Under the pieces are notes generated by a model, which did not search any database, was not told where the DNA came from, and worked only from the letters and a program-made list of their open reading frames with translations. This document shows, piece after piece, positions 8,649-15,793 of a stretch of DNA of 53,114 nt. Made by a program: the position numbers and the translations under genes. The stretch spans positions 1 through 53,114 of IMG/VR virus record IMGVR_UViG_3300034283_001180, one strand, 5' to 3'. Source of the DNA: a virus (lineage: Duplodnaviria > Caudoviricetes). Numbering within the stretch: position 1 is the stretch's first letter; every line of letters begins with the position of its first letter.

Positions 8649-8803
8649 TAGTCCTGTTCCTTTACAAATAGAGAGCCGTCAAAATCTGAAGTTAGATTAC
8701 AGTCGCAAGGTTCAACATTATAATCCTCGCCGTCACCATAAAATAACCAACCTTTGTTGTAGCAAGTATCGCAATCAAATGCGAGAGTGTGAATTACTTT
8801 CAT
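8648..8803 (-). CDS. small Zn-ribbon protein
   Basis: MKVIH start after SD; CxxC...CxC. Confidence 0.7.
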   Translation of the reverse strand: MKVIHTLAFDCDTCYNKGWLFYGDGEDYNVEPCDCNLTSDFDGSLFVKEQD

Positions 8804-8804
8804 T

Positions 8805-8942
8805 TTAGTTTTCCTTTCGTGTTGTTTCGGTAATTGTAGCATTAGCCACCGACAAAATTGCGGTGAGATTAGAATTGCGCTTTTCTTTGATTTCTGCTAA
8901 GCGTTGAGCAGTAATGAAATCTCTAAAGTCTTTTAGATCCAT
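8805..8942 (-). CDS. 45-aa hypothetical protein
   Basis: Manual translation MDLKDFRDFITAQRLAEIKEKR...; SD and promoter copy. Confidence 0.65.
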   Translation of the reverse strand: MDLKDFRDFITAQRLAEIKEKRNSNLTAILSVANATITETTRKEN

Positions 8943-8996
8943 TTTAGTTTTCCTTTCGTTTTGTTATTAGTTAGATTATAGCGGAAGGGTCTGACA

Positions 8997-9212
8997 TTAT
9001 AAGTCAGACACCTTGACGGCAATAGTAGCCCAATTAGTTTTGATAGACTGTGCTACACGATAGCGAATTGCGTAGGCTTGATAATCTGTGCCAACCCAGA
9101 CATCATCACGCTTTTCAGCAAAATCAATTTCTCCGCCATGAAATCGGCGGGCTAGAGATGAAGGGCGATAGAATTGCCCTACTAGTAAATCCTCAATAGA
9201 ATAAGTTTTCAT
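8997..9212 (-). CDS. small beta-rich protein, paralog of 10706..10900
   Basis: ORF track; SD and promoter copy. Confidence 0.8.
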   Translation of the reverse strand: MKTYSIEDLLVGQFYRPSSLARRFHGGEIDFAEKRDDVWVGTDYQAYAIRYRVAQSIKTNWATIAVKVSDL

Positions 9213-9611
9213 TTAGTTTTCCTTTCATTTTGTTACTCCGTAAGTTTAGCAAAAACCACTGACATTTTCAAATCCAAAATGCGTATAAATCGGACATTGT
9301 GATTTTTATCACAAAAGTAAATTTGTCTGGTCATATTTTTTTCGGGCGTGTCGCAAATTTTGGGGTTGTGGATAACTCTTCGTAACCTGTGGATAACCCT
9401 CACAAGAACTTGCGGGCAGCTGTCGATCTTGTCAAATCGACACGCCGATTATTTATCTATTTTATTTAGTAAATAATTATTATTTAGATTACGATTATTA
9501 TTTGAGAACATAGCCTCAATTACTTTTTTATCCTTTTCACGCTGGATTTTGCGTTGCTCTTCTTGAGCCTTTAGTATTCTGTTATAAGTATCCATTTAGT
9601 TTTTACCTTTC

Positions 9612-9809
9612 TTAGTTAGGGAGAATTTCTGTTCCGTAGTATTCTACGGCATCATAGAGGCTCATCATGCCTTTATAATCACGGCAGGAGTAGCAAATAC
9701 TATTCCACCCGTCTGTTAGTGTTGAACAAAAAACACAGATTTTATCTGTTACGCAAAAATCGTTATCTACTAAGTAGCCGATTATTTCATTTTTATTTAG
9801 TGTAGTCAT
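9612..9809 (-). CDS. small Cys-rich protein
   Basis: CVFC and CYSC; SD and promoter copy. Confidence 0.75.
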   Translation of the reverse strand: MTTLNKNEIIGYLVDNDFCVTDKICVFCSTLTDGWNSICYSCRDYKGMMSLYDAVEYYGTEILPN

Positions 9810-10110
9810 TTTATAACCACCTTTCTTTTTTTATCTTATGTATGGAATACTACCATAGACCACTGACAAATTAGCCCGTTTTTCGGGCGTGTCGGAAAAC
9901 TATTTTTGTGATTTAGATCATGTGGATAACTTACGCTCAAAATTTCGGGGATTTCCACAGCTGTGCATAAACCTGTGGATAACGCCCACAAAAGACTGCG
10001 GGCAGCTGCGCCTTTTGTCAAGGCGACACGCCGTTAGTTTAGTGTGAGATATGCCACAGAGAAGCCTATGCCTACGCATAGGGCTATTAGTGAGATAGTT
10101 TGGAGGACGA

Positions 10111-10203
10111 TCATTTAGCACACTCGCAGTGTTCTATCTCGTACTCTTGGCGGTTACCTACATAGATAACGCCTCTACCATAACATAGGGAGCATTTAGT
10201 CAT
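10111..10203 (-). CDS. 30-aa Zn-ribbon microprotein
   Basis: MTKCSLCYGRGVIYVGNRQEYEIEHCECAK; GGAGG SD; paralog of 8648..8803. Confidence 0.6.
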   Translation of the reverse strand: MTKCSLCYGRGVIYVGNRQEYEIEHCECAK

Positions 10204-10204
10204 T

Positions 10205-10375
10205 TTATATCGCCTCCGCCAATTCTTCCAATTCCATTTCATCTTCTAATTCTAGCATTTCCTCTAGAGAGATTTCAATAGGGTCTGCCTCTACTTCATC
10301 ATAGTATTCAATTTCGTATCCGTGTTGAATACTTTCATACTTGTAGGAATTGTCTGTGTTATCGAATGAATACAT
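10205..10375 (-). CDS. 56-aa extremely acidic protein
   Basis: Manual translation MYSFDNTDNSYKYES...LELEDEMELEELAEAI; follows the promoter copy at 10415. Confidence 0.65.
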   Translation of the reverse strand: MYSFDNTDNSYKYESIQHGYEIEYYDEVEADPIEISLEEMLELEDEMELEELAEAI

Positions 10376-10579
10376 TTTTAGTATCTCGCTTTCTTTGTTT
10401 GCTTTACTTTGTAGATTCTATACGCTACCACTGACAAGGCAACTAGTAGCATTCCTAGAGGTGAGAGGTAGAAATCTAATTGGGCGGTCTCGAAGGCTAG
10501 CCCATCGCTTGTTATATCTATTACTAAGTATCTGTCCATTTATTTATTTCCTATTCGTTTAGTTAGTTTAGTTAGGGTC

Positions 10580-10621
10580 TTATTTGCTAGGCTCACCCTT
10601 TCGGTTTATTTGCTAGGCTCA
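10580..10621. repeat. 16-bp direct repeat TTATTTGCTAGGCTCA x2
   Basis: Exact copies at 10580-10595 and 10606-10621. Confidence 0.85.
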
Positions 10622-10705
10622 TACCCTTATTTAATTGTTATGTCTGTAAGACTATCATCTATGACCGACATTATCAAGGCGACACGCCGTTAGGCGTGTG
10701 TGACC

Positions 10706-10900
10706 TTAGTCACGGGCTACCGCTAGGGTACGCCATTCGTCACGGCGTCCATTGGTAGGGCGAACACGGACGGCATAAGCGTCAGCGTCTACATAGTAGA
10801 CATTGTCACGAGGCTCAGCGTCCTCGATAATGCCCTCAATAGAGCGGCTACGATAAGCCTTGCCAATTAGTAGAGATTCGATTGAGTGTAGGTTTGACAT
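10706..10900 (-). CDS. small beta-rich protein, first gene of the leftward array
   Basis: ORF track; GAAAGGA SD and promoter copy at 10937. Confidence 0.8.
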   Translation of the reverse strand: MSNLHSIESLLIGKAYRSRSIEGIIEDAEPRDNVYYVDADAYAVRVRPTNGRRDEWRTLAVARD

Positions 10901-11198
10901 AGTATATGTCCTTTCTTTAGTTTGTTTAATAATATAATACTAGCAGGGGGGTCTGACAAATAGCAACTCAGAAACTATAACAAATCGGACATTGTGAACT
11001 AAATCACAGATTATTTGTGTGATTAGCATCACAATTATGGGCGCACTATCCGAAATGTCCGAATTTACGGATATGTGTATCATACAAAATAAAAAAATAT
11101 TAACATTTTTGTAAATCTAAAAAAGTAGTTGAGTAAAACCAAAGCGGGGTGGTACAATAAGATCATGAAATTGTTTTTACGAATACGCTAATCCTCTT

Positions 11199-11273
11199 GG
11201 GGATATAGCTTAATCTGGTTAAAGCAATTGTCTTATATACAATCGAGTTTGGGTTCAAATCCCAATATCCCTA
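11199..11273 (+). tRNA. tRNA-Ile(UAU)
   Basis: Acceptor GGGGATA/TATCCCT, D-arm GCTT..AAGC, anticodon arm ATTGT-CTTATAT-ACAAT, T-arm TTGGG-TTCAAAT-CCCAA, A discriminator. Confidence 0.88.
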
Positions 11274-11548
11274 CAAAAATTTTTTTTAACATTTTATAAA
11301 TCTAAAATACTAGTCGACTAGAATACCTATTGACTTTGCTAATTTTTTAATGATACACTTTAGTTCGGTTTGTGGGGGCTTACACTGGAACTCAAATATA
11401 CCAGATGTCTTGCTTCTCCTATCTCAACATTGTAGCAATTTTTTCAATGGGGGGAAAGGGGGGCTTTCCTAAAATCTAAATTCCCAGATATCATTTATAT
11501 AGTAAATATACTATAATTATCACATATATTTATAAAAGGAGATTTATC

Positions 11549-12184
11549 ATGATTAATTACCCAATAGGTGAATGGGAAACAGATTTTGAAATACCAGAAG
11601 ACTTTGTTTCAGAGTTCAATCATTTTGTTAAAGAAATAATGAAAGAAGAAACAAGCATAAGACATCCTCTATACGAAAGACTTTTTATACTATGGTCTGC
11701 TGCAAAGCATGCTTCTAAGCTAGAAGGAGATTTTGTAGAGTGTGGAGTATATGCTGGATTCACTTCTTACTTCATGGCTAAGCACTGTAAAACAAATATC
11801 CACCTATTTGATTCTTGGGATGGTGTAACTGATTTTACAGAACATGATAATGAATATTATAAAGAAAATCCATTTAAGGTTGAAATGGATCAGGCTGTTA
11901 ACACAATGAAAGACTTTTCAAATGTAGTATTCCATAGAGGTGAATTTCCATTTGATTTTGATCAACTAGAAAAAATATCTCTATTACATATTGATGCTGA
12001 TAACTACAATCCTACAAAGATTTGCTTAGAGCAACTATGGGATAAGATGGTTCCTGGTGGAATTGTAATAGTTGATTTCCATGATTCATGGGCAACTGGG
12101 GCAGAAAAAGCAACTAAGGACTTTTTTGAAGGTAAAAGAGATCTTATCATGTTTAGGACTGGGAAAGCTTTAATAATCAAATAA
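11549..12184 (+). CDS. TylF/MycF-family O-methyltransferase
   Basis: GDFVECGV..G, LFDSWDG, LLHIDAD.Y, L...MVPGGIVIVD motifs. Confidence 0.85.
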   Translation: MINYPIGEWETDFEIPEDFVSEFNHFVKEIMKEETSIRHPLYERLFILWSAAKHASKLEGDFVECGVYAGFTSYFMAKHCKTNIHLFDSWDGVTDFTEHDNEYYKENPFKVEMDQAVNTMKDFSNVVFHRGEFPFDFDQLEKISLLHIDADNYNPTKICLEQLWDKMVPGGIVIVDFHDSWATGAEKATKDFFEGKRDLIMFRTGKALIIK

Positions 12185-12207
12185 TGGGCGGGAGAGTCTA
12201 AAAAGCT

Positions 12208-12462
12208 ATGCTTGAGAAAAGGCTTCTAATGGGCTTTATAGACCTTGGAACCAATAACTCCATATATGGACTACCTAATGAAATCTTACTTGTCCAAGAA
12301 GCCCTTAAAGCCTTTATTGACTACATAGACTCTAAATTGCTGGAGTGTCCAAATATTGAAAATGGCATTTGCTATACATATTGGAGACATGATGATTGTA
12401 GGATATTGATGGATATCTTATTTGAACTTACCTTGGAAGAAAGATATAGGGCATGGAAATAG
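12208..12462 (+). CDS. hypothetical protein
   Basis: ORF track; GGGAG SD. Confidence 0.6.
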   Translation: MLEKRLLMGFIDLGTNNSIYGLPNEILLVQEALKAFIDYIDSKLLECPNIENGICYTYWRHDDCRILMDILFELTLEERYRAWK

Positions 12463-12663
12463 CTATTATTGGGATATTGTCTCTATATGGGTTTATTATT
12501 TACCATATACTGAAAAATACTGATAAGATGTATAAATGATCTTCTAGTTTCGCCCGCCGCCGCACTTTTTTTCGCACTTCAGGGGACATGTATAATATTA
12601 GATGATGTATAATTACATAGTGATATTAGCCTGCATATAGGCTATTAGTAAAAGGAGCTAAAT

Positions 12664-12918
12664 ATGAATTGGTTAAGAACAATAGAAGAAGATAGACTAG
12701 TTGCCATGTTTGAGAAACTAGCATCTGAATTAAAAGAAAAAGAATTAGCTGATAACCCAAGAGAATTAACTGCCGAAGAGAACAATGAGTTAGGCGTATC
12801 TTTAACAACTAAGTGGCAGAATGAAAATGCTGATGGCATGGAAGAGAAGCTAGTTGAGCTATATGGTACAGAAAAAGATAAGCTTGATTATGCCAACTGG
12901 AAAGTTAAGGGAGAGTAA
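12664..12918 (+). CDS. hypothetical protein
   Basis: ORF track; AAGGAG SD. Confidence 0.7.
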   Translation: MNWLRTIEEDRLVAMFEKLASELKEKELADNPRELTAEENNELGVSLTTKWQNENADGMEEKLVELYGTEKDKLDYANWKVKGE

Positions 12919-12920
12919 TT

Positions 12921-13655
12921 ATGGGAATACTGGACACAGTAACAAAGACTAACGAGTACGGGCAACATGGAATTCACATCTTTAGAAATTTTTTTACAGA
13001 AGAAGAGCTCGCACTTCTTGATACTTGGGTAGAAACAAGTTACAGTAGCTCTACTGATGTTTCTGGACACCTTACCGCAAAAAACTATTCCATTATAACC
13101 AATAGAGAATCAGTTAGACCATATTTTACTAAGTTAAGAGAAGCAATTAAAACTAAGTGCAGCACAGAGACTTTGTTTATTGCTAGAGTAAAAGTTTTAG
13201 AGATTTCTCCATGGGAGTGGGAAGAGCTTGTTGATCCAGATTATGTTCCTACCGAAGAGCAGCTTGCTTCATGGGATAGGCCAATGAAAACTCTTAGTTA
13301 TAATCTTACAGAGGTTAGAGAAGCTGCATTGGCTTCAGTACCTTCTAACGGATACGCACTAACCGACTTCGAAAGTGGAATTGTTTCTAATCCACTATTT
13401 TTAGATATTTATCAGAATCCAATAGAAATTGATGCATATCATGCAATGGTAGTTTTGAACCCAGAATTTACTGGAGGTTCTGTTACTGTTAACAGCTCTA
13501 TTACCAATGAAGACGTTGTGTTAGATCTAAATCCTGGAGACGTATTGTTCTTTAATAAGAGCGTTTCTGGTGTACAACAAATTTCAAAAGTTTTAACTGG
13601 AAAAAGACGTTGTTTTAATTTAGTACTAACTGAGGATAGAGCCTTTAGAGTTTAA
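12921..13655 (+). CDS. degenerate 2OG-Fe(II) oxygenase-like protein
   Basis: IFRNFFTEEE, LNPEFTGG, PGDVLFF, V..G.R pattern, but no HxD or distal His. Confidence 0.65.
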   Translation: MGILDTVTKTNEYGQHGIHIFRNFFTEEELALLDTWVETSYSSSTDVSGHLTAKNYSIITNRESVRPYFTKLREAIKTKCSTETLFIARVKVLEISPWEWEELVDPDYVPTEEQLASWDRPMKTLSYNLTEVREAALASVPSNGYALTDFESGIVSNPLFLDIYQNPIEIDAYHAMVVLNPEFTGGSVTVNSSITNEDVVLDLNPGDVLFFNKSVSGVQQISKVLTGKRRCFNLVLTEDRAFRV

Positions 13656-13660
13656 CGCAT

Positions 13661-14248
13661 ATGTCCATACATGTGCATGAAAACTTTATAGAAGGACAAG
13701 ACTTAGAAAACATATTAGGGTTTAGCAAATCGTTTAGCCCCGAAGATAAGTTTCTTTGGGGTTATAACGATATTGTTAACTTAGAATATGAAAATAAAAA
13801 TAACATTATTGGTTCACTAGATAAGTGTGTGCTATTTTTGAACGAAGAGTTCTTAAAAAAATATAAATTAAAAAATGATTTAAAAGTAATTAATATATTT
13901 GGTGCAGGGTTGAGACCTGGGAAAAAGTATACTAGACATCAAGATAAAGAATATACATATGAAGGCAAAAAAGACTCAGATGTAGTATACACTGGATTAC
14001 TTTATTTAAATGATGATTATGTTGGAGGAGAATTACTATTAGAAGATCATTCTTCTGATAGTGTAACAGGTGGGCATAAATTAATTAAGCCTAAAGCTGG
14101 AACTTTAATATATTTTACAGAAGATGTCTATCATTCAGTAATGCCCGTTTCTGAAGGTATTAGATACAACATAGTTATGTTTTTTTCAGACGCAGACTTG
14201 CGTAGACCTTTAGCTAGAAAGACTACACTAGAAAACTTTGGTTATTAA
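13661..14248 (+). CDS. 2OG-Fe(II) oxygenase, prolyl-hydroxylase-like
   Basis: HQD, YLNDDYVGGEL, PKAG, HSV, RY. Confidence 0.88.
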   Translation: MSIHVHENFIEGQDLENILGFSKSFSPEDKFLWGYNDIVNLEYENKNNIIGSLDKCVLFLNEEFLKKYKLKNDLKVINIFGAGLRPGKKYTRHQDKEYTYEGKKDSDVVYTGLLYLNDDYVGGELLLEDHSSDSVTGGHKLIKPKAGTLIYFTEDVYHSVMPVSEGIRYNIVMFFSDADLRRPLARKTTLENFGY

Positions 14249-14907
14249 GAGTATTTATTATTGTCGTAAAAATTTGGTACCTTTAAAAATGCTGGTAACA
14301 CATATCTAATAGGGCCAGCACCAACATGTCTAACTCCATGATTAAACTCATCATTACCTGGGAAGACAATTAGTGTTCCAGGCTCTGGAACAATTTCAAT
14401 GTTTTTGTTGGGCCAGAACACCTGACCATTTTTATAATCATCATGTATATATATGATTGCTGCATACTTAATTGATGGATCTGTGTGTTGATCTGTATGG
14501 GCTACAAGTTCCACCCCTTCTGGCATTCTTTGAAAAAAATAAAATCCAGAGCATATTAACTTTTCTGTACCTTGATCCATAATTTTTTGAAGTCGATTAC
14601 TTACTTGGTGATGAATAGGGTTATCTGTAAATGCTAAGTTTTTATCGTGCCAGTTTTGTGTTACTTCGAATAGACCTTCTGCAACTAAATTTTCAACATC
14701 ATCTCTTCCAAACTTAGCCATACAGAATTTAGCAAGTCCTTGCGTATACTGAATTTCCCAATCAGCTTGAGTAGCATTGTTTATTATTTCAAAATATTGT
14801 TTAATTTCTTCGTCTGTAACAAAATTTTTTACAAGCAATAATCCTTCTACTGGAGTTTCTACTTCATAGCCAGCAGATTCCATTTCTTTTTTGAGATATG
14901 TTGTCAT
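14245..14907 (-). CDS. 2OG-Fe(II) oxygenase, prolyl-hydroxylase-like
   Basis: HTD, YIHDDYKNG, HGV, RY; leaderless after TGATATAAT. Confidence 0.88.
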   Translation of the reverse strand: MTTYLKKEMESAGYEVETPVEGLLLVKNFVTDEEIKQYFEIINNATQADWEIQYTQGLAKFCMAKFGRDDVENLVAEGLFEVTQNWHDKNLAFTDNPIHHQVSNRLQKIMDQGTEKLICSGFYFFQRMPEGVELVAHTDQHTDPSIKYAAIIYIHDDYKNGQVFWPNKNIEIVPEPGTLIVFPGNDEFNHGVRHVGAGPIRYVLPAFLKVPNFYDNNKYS

Positions 14908-14921
14908 GGTTATATTATATC

Positions 14922-14956
14922 AAAAAACCCTAATAGGAGGCGGATCCTATTAGGGT
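14922..14956 (-). terminator. intrinsic terminator
   Basis: CCCTAATAGGA/TCCTATTAGGG stem followed by a T-run on the minus strand. Confidence 0.65.
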
Positions 14957-15013
14957 TCTGTGCGTTTCCGCAATACATGAGGGCAAAATATGGGATGCTC
15001 ACCTCATGTAAAT

Positions 15014-15199
15014 TTATTTAATTATGTCTTTTTCAACCATTACTTCGTAAACAGCAGTAAGAGCGTGTTCGATAGAAGGAGTACTCTGTTCAATAAACTT
15101 AGAAACTTCCTCTTCACCCATTCCACTCATTAATGCCATGCTTTTATTAATTTCGATAAAGGTTTCAACCATTACCGCAATAGCTTCTTCTTTACTCAT
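15014..15199 (-). CDS. hypothetical protein
   Basis: ORF track; overlapping operon. Confidence 0.7.
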   Translation of the reverse strand: MSKEEAIAVMVETFIEINKSMALMSGMGEEEVSKFIEQSTPSIEHALTAVYEVMVEKDIIK

Positions 15200-15422
15200 T
15201 CTCTTCCTTAGATCTGAAGGCTGGTGAGGGGCCCAGCAAAAAACCCTCTTGATGATATTCTACCATTTTAGCAAGCTGTTGTCTATCATTTTCATCTTTT
15301 GATAGTAAATTTGCTATAAGGCTTAGCAGGTCATATATTCTATGGAGCATAATATAATTTACCATGGGTAAATTATCTTCCATGTCCTGAGTTATATAAT
15401 CTTCAGGCATTATATTTTTCAT
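15192..15422 (-). CDS. hypothetical protein
   Basis: ORF track; YIMLHRIYD..H..G....P.P. Confidence 0.75.
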   Translation of the reverse strand: MKNIMPEDYITQDMEDNLPMVNYIMLHRIYDLLSLIANLLSKDENDRQQLAKMVEYHQEGFLLGPSPAFRSKEENE

Positions 15423-15597
15423 CGCTAGTTATTTCAAATAGAACCTGATTTATAGTTTTATTTGACTGAGACTGCTCATCTAGATATTTAACAAAATGTT
15501 TAATAACTCTATCAGCGATAAATTCCCTAGGTATGTGAGCGCATGGGATCACCATGGATAGCTCTAGTATTAAATCTTTATTATAAATACTTTGCAT
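15403..15597 (-). CDS. hypothetical protein
   Basis: ORF track; AAAGGA SD. Confidence 0.6.
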   Translation of the reverse strand: MQSIYNKDLILELSMVIPCAHIPREFIADRVIKHFVKYLDEQSQSNKTINQVLFEITSDEKYNA

Positions 15598-15793
15598 CTA
15601 CGTATCCTTTCATTTTTTTATACATATCGATTCCTATATATTTTTTATAACTACAAGAAATGCAGTATAGGAAAATTTTATCTTCTTCATCTAAATTTGA
15701 AAAAAGAAGACCCTGATCTAATGGGCAATCCATTTTAGGAACAAGGCCTTCTTTTGATAGAGATAGGTACCTTGATACAATTTGTATTTTAAT
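15581..15793 (-). CDS. small Cys-containing protein, start codon uncertain (ATT or internal ATG)
   Basis: Open frame IKIQIVSRYLSLSKEGLVPKMDCPLDQG...LYCISCSYKK...; fills the operon gap. Confidence 0.6.
   Translation of the reverse strand: MKIQIVSRYLSLSKEGLVPKMDCPLDQGLLFSNLDEEDKIFLYCISCSYKKYIGIDMYKKMKGYVDAKYL

Larger units (their letters stand above)
4847..9982. promoter_or_regulatory. clustered DnaA boxes
   Basis: Exact TTATCCACA (either strand) at 4847, 4870, 9367, 9388, 9921, 9974; variants at 9951 and 9962. Confidence 0.75.
1811..10958 (-). promoter_or_regulatory. 16 copies of an early promoter TGTCRG-N10-TANNNT
   Basis: 22-bp elements starting (plus coordinates) at 1811, 3548, 4803, 5749, 5927, 6890, 7116, 7699, 8004, 8833, 8975, 9243, 9847, 10415, 10649, 10937; invariant 10-nt spacer; most are followed by an SD and ORF. 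Confidence 0.85.

Noticed and set aside
1787-8842. Extended N-termini in the ORF track (to 1840, 3613, 5783, 8842)
   Set aside because: The extensions run through promoter and SD motifs; downstream ATGs fit the cassette pattern.
9836-10121. ORF-track ORFs 9836..10021 and 9918..10121
   Set aside because: They translate the regulatory island (DnaA boxes, promoter motif) and have no SD or protein-like composition.
1800-11070. CRISPR array suggested by recurring short motifs
   Set aside because: Repeats are short, degenerate, irregularly spaced and separated by genes; no cas genes are present.
3651-11273. Prophage attachment site at either tRNA
   Set aside because: No integrase, no duplicated tRNA 3' end and no host genes; both tRNAs sit within phage transcription units.
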